Source of the DNA: Callorhinchus milii
Taxonomy: Eukaryota
Assembly (NCBI RefSeq): GCF_018977255.1
Contig: NW_024704742.1
Coordinates: 117,244,001-117,308,000, forward strand
Length of the DNA stretch: 64,000 nt
Reading direction: 5' to 3'
Positions 40,406 through 53,610 of the stretch are shown here, in pieces (the first letter of the stretch is position 1; each line of letters opens with the position of its first letter). The notes beneath the pieces are model-generated. The model was not told the DNA's origin and searched no databases. It saw only the letters and a list, made by a program, of their open reading frames with translations. A program made the translations under genes and the position numbers.

Positions 40406-41965
40406 GGTTGACTAAGATCAATTCTATTTACCCTTCATAGAATCCTCTCTGAACTCCCCTCAGGGCCCCAATGCACAACATATAGAATGCTTTTGAGTTG
40501 GTTTGCCCATTATTTAGAGGACGCTTTACTTTATAATCTTCTGATTGTTTTAACTCACAAAACAAAAAACACTGCACGGATGGCGATTAATGTATAAAAG
40601 AACTGTAAGTTATTTAGAACAATAATCTTTTCAACAATTTGTAATTTTTGTTGATTTTCCCCATGTGGGAAAAGAGCCAGGCAGAATAGGCTGCCTGATG
40701 TGTCGATGGTAATGCAGATTAGAACATCGGGTTCCCATAGAGTTTTTCTCTCATTTACAGCATACATGGACGTATTTGTCAAAGAGTAATGAGCATTCAT
40801 TTAATTCAGCAGTGTTCTCATTATGGCTGGAGCTATATGATGCCATCAAGCTAAATGAAGAACTCTCAATGTGCCATGAGTGGTGTTTAGAAATCTTACA
40901 ATAGCACCCTCTGCAACTGAAACATGTGTCTGTGCAAGTCCATACTCGAACTGCGTAAATTGGCTTCATTTATACTGTACCATACACTAACCTTTTGTGC
41001 TACTATAAGAGTAAAACAGGAGCTGAGGCAAATGCTCATTTTGAAGAGTGCCTTGAAATCTCAGCAATTTCAGATGTCTAAAGCCAATATGTGTAAGCAG
41101 CAATAGCATTTGTTATGAATAAGAGTATGGGAAAAGGCAGGAGAATAGGACTAAACAGAAAGTTCTTTCAGAGAGCCAGCACAGGCGTGATGAGCTGAAT
41201 AACTTCTTTCTGTGCTATTAATTTCTATGATTTTAGAGCTGATTTGTGGTGGTGATGAGCATTATTCACTTTGTGTAACTTTAAATTAAACTTGAAAAGC
41301 GCAAGTCTGGAGGGAAAACTTTTATTCAAGCTAAATTCAAACCAAAATCATGTAGCACCTTTCAAGAGGATGCCTCAAAGTGCTTCAGAGGATTTACTGT
41401 GGAGATTTTGGGTACATCGGCAACCGCAAAAAGAAGTATTGAGTACGTGAGTGACTATGGAGTGTACTAGTTATTTAGTTTAATATACAGTTGTGAAGAA
41501 GCTGTAATTCTGACTTCCTGATGAAAAATTTAACATAGCTTTAGGCTTCATTATAAATTCTGTTATTTACCGTTTCTATTTGTGTTCTCATTGTGTCCTG
41601 TTTATGTGGACATTGATTATTAATGTGTAGCTTCCCCAGCCGGTTCAGGAAGTTTATCTAGTGAGTAGCTGAGCCACGTAGAAGTGAAAAATGCCAGGTT
41701 AGACCTGAATTGGCTCCTCCCAGCCATGCGCAACAAATGTTCCTCAGGGCTTAAGGTGGGGAAAATTCAACTGGGTCTCCTTTCCCGGTCGCTATCCAGA
41801 TATCTTTACCGGAAGTTGCAACTGTGGACATTGGATGAGATCAGAATTGGGCGAGGACAGAATTCTGCCTGGTTTAATCACCTGCCGATTTTGTTGTATT
41901 TCAAATTCAAATGAAATACTTAATAAAATATTCATTCAATAACATAGCCATATGGCTAATCTAGA

Positions 41966-42855
41966 CAACAACAACAAAATTACATTTATAGAGCGCCTTT
42001 CACGTCGGGAGGACGTCCCAAAGTGCTGAACAGTCAGGGGTCGGGACTCGAGCATGGGGGAAGGGTGGTGTAGGTATGAGGGAAGGCAGAGAGGTGGGAG
42101 GGTGACCAAAGGCACGATCGAAGAGAAGGGTCTTAAGACCGGCCTTAAAGGAGGCAAGGGAGGAAGCGATGCGAAGGGACTGTGGGATGGAGTTCCAGAG
42201 CGTAGGGTCAGAGAGCTGAAAGTCCGGCCACTGATGGTAGGGCGGGTTGGGCGGGAGACATGGAGCAGACTGGAGCCCGCTGAACGGAGGGAGCGGGCAG
42301 GTTGGTAGGGAGTCAGCAGGTCAGAGAGGTAGGAGGGGGCAAGGCCATGGATGGCCTTGAAAGTGAGGACGAGGATCTTGAATTTGATCCTCTGAGGGAT
42401 GGGGAGCCAGTGGAGTCGGGCGAGGGTGGGAGTGATGGGGTCATGGAGCCTGGTGTGTGAGAGTACACGAGCTGCAGAGTTTGGGATGATCTGCAGCTTG
42501 GAAAGAGTTGCGAAGGCCAATGAGGAGGGAGTTTCTGTAATCGAGCCTTGATGTAACGAATGCATGGATAAGGGTTTCGGCAGCCTGAGGGGTGAGGCAG
42601 TGGCGGAGTCTGGCAATGTTGCGGAGGTGGTGGTAGGCAGTGCCGGTCATGGTGCGGATGTGGGTGAGAAAGGACAGTTCAGAGTCAAACAAGATACCCA
42701 GGTTCCTGACTGGCTTAGTGAGGTTGAATGTGCAGCTGTGGAGGCTGATGCTGCCAACACCCGAGGTGCGGAGGTGCTGGCATGAGCCAATCAGGAGGCC
42801 CTTCGGACAGGACGCCAGTAGTCCTGGAGTTGAGGGTGGAGACAGAGAGTTAGAG
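41966..42855 (-). mobile_element. 5'-truncated L2 (subfamily A) with internal deletion near 42805
   Basis: [32 protein letters not shown], hairpin and tail. Confidence 0.93.
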
Positions 42856-43049
42856 ACTCACCAGGGAAAGGCCATTCAAGTAATTGAACCCACAGGCAGA
42901 ACATTTTTGAGTTAGCAGGATATCACTCCCTGTACCCTCTGGCACTGTTGTCTCTAGAAGCACACTTTTCTCTTCCCTCCCCCCCCCCCCCCCCGTCCCG
43001 TTACAATAATCACCACCTTCAGAAACAGCATTGTTGCTTTATCAATATT

Positions 43050-43345
43050 GGTGGGAGTGCTTCTTTGTAGGAAGTCCTGTCTTTCGGATCAAATGGTGAA
43101 CTGAGGACCTATCTGCTTGTTTAGGTGATGGTGGAGATCCAGAGGCCCTATTCAAAACAGGAAAGGAATTTTTACACAGGTTCCTGGGTCAGCAGACCTC
43201 CGGACAAATCGGTCATCCAGCTCCTGGCTTTTTGGAACCTTCCAGGCACAATTCACTGCTGCGTATGCCTACAGAAACAGTCACTAAATTTGGCAGGAAC
43301 TGTGAAGCACTCTATGATAAAGTGCTTTAAAAAATGCAGATTTCT
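43050..43345 (+). mobile_element. Old Deu-domain SINE
   Basis: gtctttcggat...gaggacctatctgcttg...ggtga core. Confidence 0.6.
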
Positions 43346-44523
43346 TTCTGATCTCACTGTTATATTGCAACACTGTGGTGAAAGGCAGAGTTTCTGTCAG
43401 CAACATTGTGGTATAAACACAGCACAAGTCTTGTTTTAATATACAAGATGGATAATGTAAGGCAGCAATGAATAGAAAATTGTGTTACTTCAACCTCAAA
43501 GAAGCTGTGGTGGAACATTGTCGAAGGTCATGCATAATGGTCACATGAAGTGCATTTGCTGTGGTGCTGCTAGACTTTGCTCCTCTTCAGATCTTTAACT
43601 GTTCAAATAAACGTTGTGTAACTGGCCTGTCTTTCAGTGGAGCACTCTGCTGCTGGCTTCAGCACTTTCTGATACTGATGATATTTCAGCCTACGTATGC
43701 TTAACTGCCTCTGGTGTTTGATGTGAAATGCAGGCAAAGCATTCGGTGCTGTTTTCTTCAGTGGGTAAATGCGCTGCCTGCCTGGTGTACTTCTGAGCCA
43801 CACAGATCCTTGATGGGCCCTGCTTTGAACCTGGTCTGTGTTAGTTCATCAGTACATAGAGCTGTTTTCATAGTGTGGCTCCAGAGATGGTACTTAAATA
43901 TCGAGCCACTTTATTATTATTATTACTTTGCATCCATTATTGTGATTCTACTAATGTTGGTGGTTCTGGTGCTGCACCTTTTCATTGTTGGGACTGATCT
44001 TTCTGTATTATCTATCCAATCCCAAGGTGGGATTAAGGAACTTCTGAGCTGGGAAAACTGGCTGTTTAACATTAGGACCTACTCCCAGATCTAGGCTTGC
44101 CTTTGGAGAAGTAGTGTAAAAGCAGTAGAGGATCTCAGTAAACTGTTACCTTGTTTAGACATAACCATTCACCTTACTATACCTCCCACTGCTCTTTCCT
44201 GGCATCTGTAAACATCACTAAGAGGGTGAGATTGCGTGAACTGGGGATTGTATTTTCCAGCCTCTGCTGGTAGATAACCTATTCTCAGCAGAAATTGCTG
44301 TGACATAGGGGTCACTGCCAGCTCGTGTGAATTAAAGTGCAATGTTTCCTCCAGCGAGCCAGGGTACGACTGGGTAAAGCTCTCCTAATTGGTAGAGGAA
44401 AACTTCAATTGAGTTCAGGTTTGAGGTGTTTGGTTGGAAGTTTAGTGACTGACCTAATCACTGACCTATTGCACAGTATTTCTAAAGAGTATTCAGCATA
44501 ATTTCAGCCTATTAACTTATTAT

Positions 44524-44810
44524 TCCTTACTCCACACGCCTCTGTTTACCTATAGTAAGTAGGAACCCAGTTGTTAGTTGATAGGGAGATCTTTTTTCCG
44601 AGGGTAATAATTCCTTCAAAAAATATATAATAAACTGGTAACTCAATCCATGACTGTTTATGGGACATTGCTGTGTGCAATTGGCTGCCACATTTTGGCC
44701 ATAAAATATAGTCAATTCACTTTACAGTATATCCTGTGAAGCACTTTGAGACGTCTCGAAGACATGATAAGGCACTATATCAAATGTAAGGATTATTATA
44801 TTATTTTATA
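44524..44810 (+). mobile_element. tRNA-SINE long form lacking head
   Basis: tccttactccacacgcctctgtttacc...gagacgtctcgaagacatgataaggcac...(tta). Confidence 0.87.
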
Positions 44811-45684
44811 ATTCACAGTGTTGAGCGCTCTGCAAATTAGCAGATATTTCTAGTAGTACAAGACTACAGCACAATACTGTGCCATTAAACAAGAGGTCCT
44901 GTAATCAAAAAAGGGTCCAGAGTAAAAATATTTTCCAAAATTAAGTTAGTGCACCTGGAGTAATTTCGGATGTGCAGTTGCAAGTATTCCAGTCAATAAC
45001 CTTGGAACAGCAACAGTGGACTGACCAACTGGTTCAACAGCAATACCTCGGAATGATGATCAGAGCGCTATATTTGCAGTAGAGACTCAATTCAACCAAA
45101 GGAGACGAGGCACAGTGTTAGTCACCATCGTGTACAGGCCTAGAAAAGACCACTTCTGTCCATCCTAACTTTTTTGTTAAAAAAAACTTTTCTCTCTACT
45201 CTCAATTGAATTCGCTGCCAAATAGCTAATTCCCTTTTGAATTTTCTGATGCAATGTTGTTTTGAGAAATTAGTGTTTACAGTGCAGCATTGTGTTTGTG
45301 TGTGTGTGTGCAGGTGGGGGGTAGTAGTTCAGGCACATAGCTTAGTTAAACCCTACTGCCAGAGTCTCAACCATGTGATTTCCTGAGTAATGTCTTTTCC
45401 TAAGGAGTAATTAAAGCAGGATTGCATCTGGAAGATTTGACTGGTTCACATTCACTATAATAATAATAATCCTTGCATTTGATATAGCGCCTTATCACAT
45501 CTTCGAGATGTCTCAAAGTGCTTCACAGAATATACCGTAAATTGAATTGACTATATTTTGTGGACAAAACACAGCACTATTGACACTATTTATTGTTCAG
45601 GGACAGTTTATGGAGCAGGCAGCCCAGCTACTTATATGAAATGCCAATACTTCCTTTTCTTGGCAAGTGATATTTTTTTTAAAT

Positions 45685-46066
45685 TTGGTTTCTCAACCCA
45701 CGACTGTTTGTGGGATACTACTGTGTGCAATTGGCTGCCATGTTTCAACCACAAAATACGCAGTCAGTCTACTTACAATATATTTGTAACTCATTCTCAC
45801 GTTCCCTTCACCTCGCTTCCTCCCCTGCCTCCTTCAAAGTGGCACACTCCTACCCTCCCTGCCCACTACCCTCTTAACCTCTTGCCCTCCACCCTCCCCG
45901 ATCCTGACCACAAGCTCGGGTCCAAATCTCTGACTATCCAGCCCTTGGGACATCCTCCCGAAGTGAACAGGCTGTACAAATGTAATTTTGTATTGTATAT
46001 TCTGTGAAGTGCTTTGAAATGTCTCAATGACATGATAAGACGCTATATCAAATGCAAGGATTATTT
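45685..46066 (+). mobile_element. SINE 3' half interrupted by an L2 3' fragment (about 45790-45995)
   Basis: SINE body resumes after the L2 tail; candidate TSD TATATT at 45779-45784 and 45996-46001. Confidence 0.8.
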
Positions 46067-47927
46067 GACTTCTCATGCCTTTGCCTGCTTAATTGTCAAA
46101 TGCATTTGCCTATTTCTGGACCATTGTTGTTAAAAAAGAAAAAATTCAAGATTTAAAAAAGCACTTAAGATCTATTGATCCAAGTTCATGTTGAACAAGT
46201 TTGTATATTGTACAAGTAACAACTTCCACTTATACAGTACTTTTCACAAAGGAAAATGTCTCAAAGCACTTGTTAAAAAATAATTTTTGAATTTGATGTT
46301 GTGCCTTTCGCATTTTGAGAATGTCTCGCAGGATTTATTAGGATGTAAAGTGACTGTGTTTTGTAGGTCAAGTGGGAGCCTAAGCTAGGTGGGAGATGAG
46401 GAGGTAGGTGACTGAAACCACAAGCAATGAGAGTGCTTTGAAGCAGAGGGATTTGGGAGAAGATGGTGGAACAATACAGATTATTTTTGCTGTAAATTAT
46501 GAAGACAGACAGAATTAGAGAAGAAAGCAGAGGAACTTTTGGAAAGTGAAATATTGTAATTTATCATTTATAAAACGTTGTAAATGGTATTTTTTTTCTC
46601 TGAGGTGCTGGTAGCATTATTCTTTCTGAAGTATACGCACTAATTTTTAAGAGTCAGCTAAGAACTCAGTAATGTCATTTGTAGTTTATGGTTAAGATCT
46701 TATACAGCAGTGGGTACTTCTTATCTGGCAGTAAACTGTTGGAATAGGCAATTGCTGCTACTCCTAGTGTACGCTTCCTGTTCACGTGTGTTTTTATAGT
46801 TAGTGCAGAAGGTGACCTTGCAAACCTCCACACTTAGTATGCTGGTTAATATTTAATCAAGAAGGCGAACACACATGTGGACTTCAGCATTTCAAAGGAA
46901 GGTGTACCTGCCAGCACAGGATCTTTAACCCTTGATCCTAATTGTGGGCTTTCTTCCTGTAAGTACTTCCAAATGTGCAACATACTGTAATTGATTTTCT
47001 ATTTCTTTGAAGGAGGTGCAAATCACAGCCCCATTTGCCTACAAGATCAGCCACTACACTTGACTGTATTTGGGTTGCACTTTGAGATGTTTGATGTGTT
47101 CAGGAACTATCAAAATGCAAGTTCTTTCTTCGTTTGCATTTTCTAATAATAAATGATGGGGAAACTCGTATAGTGAACCGACATTCGTTTTTCACATTAC
47201 AAAAATTGAATTTTATTTTACCACAGAATGTTGTTAGGATGCAAAATGCTTTATTACAAGTAGCTGTTTAGGCTTAGTCCATAACAGCAGTTAAGATAGA
47301 ATTCAATAGATATTTGAAGGAAACTAGTATTAAAGGATGTGGGGAAAGAACAAGGGAATTATATTCAAGGAGAGGGCTCCAGTGGAGGAGCTGGCAGCAG
47401 TATAGACACAATGGGCTGAATTGCCTCCTTTTGTGACTGTACTTTGATTATTTTTATCATAATAAAAGGCTAGTGAACACACTAAGAGTTTCTCTTTGAA
47501 GATTGATTTTTAAAAAGCTTCTTACATTTTGTGTTTGACTGAAACTTGACAAATTGTGTAGATTGTTTACTCTATCAGCAGGCCAGCACTTCTTGTAGAG
47601 GAGCTTATGGCACCAGCATGAGCTCGATAGGACACACAGCTGCTTCCGATACTATAATTTCCATGATTTGAATACGTATTGTAATAATAAATAATAATCC
47701 TTGCATTTGATATAGTACCTTATCACGTCTTCAAGGCATCTCAAAGCACTTCACAGAATATATTGTAAAGTGAATTGACTATATATTTTGTGGGCCAAAT
47801 ATGGCAGCCAATTTTATATTAATTTATTAATTTAAATTGTAATCGTGAATTTGTATGAAGCGAGATCTTGTCACATGGCTTTGAACATATCTTTGATCTT
47901 AAACATCAAATAAAATTAACCACAAAC

Positions 47928-48365
47928 TCTCCTGGTGGTCGAATGGGTAAAGGCATTAACCGTCTGGTCAACACTTATCATTCAGACCAGAGTTTGTGCT
48001 GTTATCTGATTTAACAGGTGGGGGGGCATCTGTTGGGTTCTGCGTAATTGGCATCAGTGCCCCTGAGCTAGTGAGAGGAAGATTAGCTACTAATTGTTAT
48101 CCACAGACTCCAGCTGAAAGGACAGGACCAGGCTCTACTGTGAATTCCCTGTCTAGGCTCACACATGAATAATTCTGAAGAAAAGAATCAAAGTACGTTT
48201 ACAAAAGGGGGCGATTCAGCCCGTTGTGTCTGTACTGAAGCCAGCTCCTCCATCTGTTGAGGTACGGGAGGGCACCTGTAGAACCACACCTGAATAAAAG
48301 GACATGACAAGTCAAATAGCTTGAGGCGAGGAGATGGGAGAGTTGGAAAAGGGAAGAAAATAAGA
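47928..48365 (+). mobile_element. Ancient SINE-like repeat, family not identified
   Basis: tgggtaaa..gc head, aattggcatcagtgcccctgagctag, ctgtctaggctcacacatgaa; related pieces near 41640-41890, 43760-43850 (+) and 26230-26330 (-). Confidence 0.45.
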
Positions 48366-48574
48366 AAGAAAAACACTTCTCTAATTGAATAGTCAATACT
48401 CGTTACTTATCAAACCAAGAATTATGCATTACAGTGTTTAGTGAGGTGGGGCTGGAGCAGGATATAGTGGCAGGGTTGTGATTTCCAAGCTTTCATCTGT
48501 CTTTTGCTGGTCGTTACTCCATTAGTCATTGCAACCCACTGTGTGCTCAGTATTCCATACTTGTGGTCTTCTGA

Positions 48575-48997
48575 GAAAAAATAATGCTTGCATTTGTTAC
48601 ACAGCCTTATCGCATCATCAAAATGTATCAGTGATTCACAGGATTTACTCAAGTGTAGTGACTGTGTATTTGCAGACAACCACAGCAGCCAATTTGCACT
48701 CAGCAATGTCCAACAAACAGGCTTGAATTCAATGAACAATTTGTTTCTGGGAGATATTTGGCCAGGACACTTGGAGAAACTCCTTTCTCTTTTCGAATAG
48801 TGCGCTGGGATCGTAAACACTCATATGTACAGACAGACAAGACCTAACATCTCATCCAAAGGACGGCACCTCTGACATTGCAGCACACCCCCAGCACTGC
48901 ATTGGAATATCAGTCTACATTGAGTTCAAAATTCTGATATAGGGGCTTGAACCCACAACCTTCTGACTCAAAGGGGAGAGTGCTGACACCACACTGA
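48575..48997 (-). mobile_element. Full-length old Deu-domain SINE
   Basis: Head gagtcagaaggttgtgggttcaagcccc, full Deu core, L2-like tail. Confidence 0.85.
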
Positions 48998-49653
48998 AAA
49001 TGAAAAGGAAAAAATGTAGCTGTTAGAAATCTGAAATAAAACTGGAAATTCCTGTCAGAACACAGAATGTCAGTCACCATCTGCAGGAGAATCATTAGTT
49101 TATTTTGGGTGTGACTTTATAATCGGCAATTTTGTTTTCATTACATATAGAATTATAGTGTAATCATCTTAAAAACTCTTCACCAGAAGTGGAATGAGTT
49201 GCTAACTATAGAGATTAAATAAATGTTTCTATTGAATTTAATATTTGATTGCGTGTGCCTGCTAGGAAGCGCTATATGCTAAAAAAAATAGCGAGTCAGC
49301 ACTCTTATTGAACCACAATTACCGTATGGTGGGTCCACACACACCTGCAATTTTCTGGGGTGCATTCTAATTTGGGTGACTGTACATTATTAATGAACTA
49401 TCGATTACAGCCACCAGATGACTTTTTTTTTTAAAAAATGCCTTTTCATTTGAAACATTTCAACTCTAAGCTGAGCTAGTATTACCAACAGACAACCAAA
49501 CAACCTCAGTCACGAACGCGTTAACCAAGGATCACCTGTTTACTCTGTAAGGCAGCCCATGATCTGCACAACCACAATACCCTGCATTGAAGCACTCCAA
49601 GACACTACCACAAGTGAAGGCACGATATAAATGCAAGTTGGATGTGTCATAGT

Positions 49654-50605
49654 AACAACAACAACTTGGATTTATATAGTGCCCTCCACGCCGGACGGCG
49701 TCTCAGAGCGCTTCACAGTAACGGATCCTGGGGCCGAGCCAAGGGGAGGGGAGGAAGGTGACCAAAGGCGCGGTCGAAGAGAAAGGTCTTCAGCAGAGAC
49801 TTGAAAATAGGAACAGAGGGAGCGAGGTGAAGAGAGTGAGGAAGGGAATTCCAGAGTCTTCGGGCGTAGTGGCTGAAGGCACGGCCACCAAGGGTGGAGT
49901 GGAGGATTCGGGGGATGAGGAGGAGACCATACCCGGAGGAAGGAAGGCAACGGGTACTGTTTTGAGGAGCGTGGAAGTCAGAGAGGTAGGGGGGTGCAGA
50001 GGAGTGGAGGGATTTGAAGACAAGGTGTGGATCTTATAATAATAATAATAATCCTTGCATTTGATATAGCGCTTTTCTCGTCGGGAGGACGTCCCAAAGC
50101 GCTTCAAAGAACACACTGTAAAGTGAATTGACTGTATATTTGTGGGCGAACGCGGCAGCCAATTGCGCACAGCAATGTCCCACAAACAGTCGTAGATTGA
50201 AAATGACCAATTTAATTATTGTTTTTTGTTTTTGGAGGGGTTATTATTAGGCGTGTGGAGTAAGAAAACTTGCCCAAGGTTTCGCCCTCTGCCTGGAATT
50301 GAACTCAGGTCTTTCACTTGCAAAGCGAATGCTCTAACCACTGAGCTACAGGACTCCACAACTTGTGGAGTCGATCCTCTCTGGGACAGGCAGCCAGTGC
50401 AGTCTGGTGAGGACTGGGGTGATCGGGGAGCGGAGTTTGGTGCGGGTGAGAGTTTTGTATAATCTGGATTTTATGGATGGTAGTGGTGGGGAGGCCGGTG
50501 AGGAGGGCATTTGAATATTCCAGCCGAGAGGTGACAAAGGCATGGGTTTCAGCGGCTTTTGGAGAGAGGTATTGGCGGAGACGGGCAATGCGTTGGAGGT
50601 GGAAG
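49654..50605 (-). mobile_element. L2 subfamily B 3' part split by a SINE
   Basis: TRTKLRSPITPVLTRLHWLPVPERID to the right of the SINE; 3' region and tail to the left. Confidence 0.9.
50036..50360 (-). mobile_element. Young full-length tRNA-SINE (short form)
   Basis: A and B box head, CpGs retained, L2A-type loop, (TTA)n tail; highly similar to 63705-64000. Confidence 0.93.
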
Positions 50606-51087
50606 AAAGAGTAGTATAAGGAGTACTAAGACTTCTCCTGTTGTTAATTTTATTGACCTATCTGCCACTATTGTTGTATCTTCTTTGTTTAATGTAATTG
50701 ATACTCTACTTTGCTGTTGAGTTACATACTTCAAAACAGATGTCTGTTCCAAGGTTAAAATTACATTCTATATTACATACCAGGGTATGAAGAAAAGGCA
50801 GGAGAATAGGACTAAATAGATACCTCTTCCAGAGTGACAGCTTCCTTCGATGCTGTAAATTCCCATAGTTCTATAGTGACCTACGTGAAAACTTAATGCA
50901 ACCTAAAGTGTCATTCGTACTTTTTTTCCAAAGGTCGTTAAATAGGGGAACCATTGTTGGGCAAGTTTTTAGTCATTCTGCCCCCACACTCTGTTACAAC
51001 ATCCCAGAGTCCCTCTCCTTGCCCTCTCCCTTTATGCCCCAAATCTACCTTAAGACTGCTCTCTTTGGGCCAACGTTTTCTCCTCTC

Positions 51088-51447
51088 TTTGCATCTGATA
51101 TAGTGCTTTGACATAGGGAGGATGTCTCAAAGTGCTTCACATGATCTTACTGTGAAGCGTAGTGACTATATTTTGTATCCACACAGCAGCCAATTTTGAG
51201 CACAGCAATATCCCACAAACAGCCTTGAAGGGAATGACCAATTTTATTTTGGGGAATTGTTGGTCAGGACACTGGGAGAAAAAACATAGGATCTTTAACA
51301 TCCACCTGAACAAGCAGATGAGAGCTAGGTTTAACATCTCATCCAAAGCATTGCACCTCCAACAGTGTAACACACCCCCAGCACTGCATTAGAGTATCAG
51401 CCTTGACTACGTGAACCCACAGCCTTCAAGAGTGCTACCAACTGAGC
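51088..51447 (-). mobile_element. Deu-domain SINE
   Basis: ggatctttaacatccacctgaac...ggtttaacatctcatccaaa; a further copy at about 53940-54225. Confidence 0.8.
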
Positions 51448-51759
51448 TTGGCAGCATCTTCCAACGTCTAGAATGCTGCATCTCTAAAGTGTTCTTTTCC
51501 GTATCTACAATCTATGATTTGAAAATTCGGACATGGTTAATTTACTGTGTTTTACAGTGGAAAGTGATGCTACATTTTCTAAATTTAGAGTACTTAAGTG
51601 TGAGATTGTGCCAAAATGTCTATTCTGGAGACAGTTGCAGCTCTTCATCTTATATTGTGGGTGGGTGGGGGAGGGGTGTATGCTACTGCACTATAATTAC
51701 TGGAGAGAGGGTCCCAAATATAAAATTTAAGCCATCCACTGCACTCGGGCTCCTCCTGG

Positions 51760-52080
51760 GCTTTCATTCTGCATCCAATTCCTCTCCTCACCCCTTGCTC
51801 AGCCTGGTCCTGCCCTCTGCACATCCCTCAACCCCTCCAACCCACCACCAGCAGCTGTGCATTCAGCCACTGCTCCTCAATCCACAGTAACTCCTTGTCT
51901 CAATCCCTCCACCTCGACCCCTCCTTGCCATCTTCAGATTGCACCTGAAGCCCTTTCTCTTCAACTGTGCCTACGGTCACCTCTCCTTTCCCTGTGGCTC
52001 TGTATTGTGCTTTGCCACTGCTAAGCACTCGGACGCTGCCTTGGGTGAAGGGAACTATATAAATGCAAGTTGTTGATGTT
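51760..52080 (+). mobile_element. L2 subfamily B 3' remnant
   Basis: aagcactcggacgctgccttgggtgaagggaactatataaatgcaagttgttg tail. Confidence 0.72.
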
Positions 52081-52733
52081 TTCATCATTCTCTTTGATTT
52101 GAAGCTACTAAGAGATATTCACTGTGATATTTAATTACGAATTATATGGTGCAGCACAGAGTAATGAAACCATGTTGAAGCATTTGAAGCTTTGGTTAGC
52201 ATACAGGCATTTCACTTTGGTGTTTACACAAACAATAATTTATATTCATGTGGTTGCTTTCACGTCAGGAAGATCTCAGAAGGCGCTTCCCAGTTGACTG
52301 AGAACTTCAGTGGGAATGGGGGTGGGGAATAAAGGAGGTTTAATTCTGTCTGTGCAAGGTAAAGCCAACAGGACCCTGCATTAATTAAGAATGATTACAG
52401 TATAGTGCTTTTAACTGTTGGGTATGCATTTGCAAGTGTCCTTCCATTTTTGAATAGCGATTGAACTTAATATTTGCAACATACGTGAAAATACTCAAGC
52501 ATATCCTAAAGTATTTTGTTCGGGATTACAGCTACTTGGTGAAATCCTCCTGTTACCCTGAGAGAAATGGAACCTATAATCTGTATCTTTCCAAACAGTG
52601 TCTGAGAATTGGCAGTGGGTATCAGTGATTTGCATTCATACCAGTGTTCTGGGAATGTACTGCCTAACTCTGTCTTCCAAAATACAATGAACATTGTAAT
52701 CTACGTTTTCTCCAGACATACATGCACACACAT

Positions 52734-52770
52734 GTATGTGTGTGTGTGTGTGTGTGTCTCTCTCTCCCTC
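52734..52770. repeat. (TG)n(TC)n microsatellite
   Basis: Direct reading; also (AG)n at about 12039-12056, (TG)n at about 45290-45310 and poly-C at about 42978-42994. Confidence 0.9.
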
Positions 52771-53468
52771 TGCATCTGTGTGGTCTATCTGTGGTGTTTA
52801 TGGCTCTGACTCTTGTCTGTGTGACTTTGGGTGTGGAAATGGAGGGTGTGTGTGGGGAGGTGTGGACGTGTGTGGGTTTGTGGGTGTTAAATTAAGGGTG
52901 TATGCATCCAGGATATTGTATATCCTGCAGATAAAATAACGTAAACTAGTGTCAGTTAAATGAGTTGCATGGTGTTAATTGTATCATTAATTACTATTTA
53001 ATGCTGAGCACACTTCATGACTATGAAGATCGGTTCTACACAAAACCATTTCTTCTGCCTTTCATTAACCGTTCTATTGCATTAGAAAACTCAGTTGTTG
53101 TTTGCAGTGTGCTAACCTTGCTTATAGTAAATCTAATTTCAAGTGCTTCTGAAGACATTGCCTGGGTAACTCAATTACCGTGACAGTGGGTGAGCTGTAT
53201 CATACTGCAGGCAACTTCACATGCCATCTGCTATAATGGTAACCTGTGACTCGAAACGCCACTGTGTTCAACATGAAAGCCGTTAAAAGAGACAAAGTAA
53301 TGCAAAGTGACATTTGCCCGGCTAAATTCCCTTTGATGTTTGGAGTTACTGTACGTGCTGTGAACCCGTGCTCGATTACTGTAAAAGTCTGATTTGCTGG
53401 TTGGATAGCTAGCCTGTCTTTCGGATTGTTCTCTCAACATAGATGGTCTCATTCCTTCAGTACCTTAC

Positions 53469-53610
53469 CGGCTCACTTGCAGTACTTTGGAGAGCCACGG
53501 TTCAATGCAAATGCTGAGTAGGCAGGGCTCGTCTGTTAATCGGCTGGATTGCTAACTGAGGCTGACCCCGAGTCCAACCCTCTTTTATAGGTCCAATGTG
53601 GTGTAGATAA
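53469..53610 (-). promoter_or_regulatory. Candidate antisense core promoter (TATA + Inr) and non-coding first exon
   Basis: Minus strand TATAAAAG (53589-53582), Inr CTCAGTT with A at 53557, donor CG|GTAAGG after 53469; motif evidence only. Confidence 0.4.
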
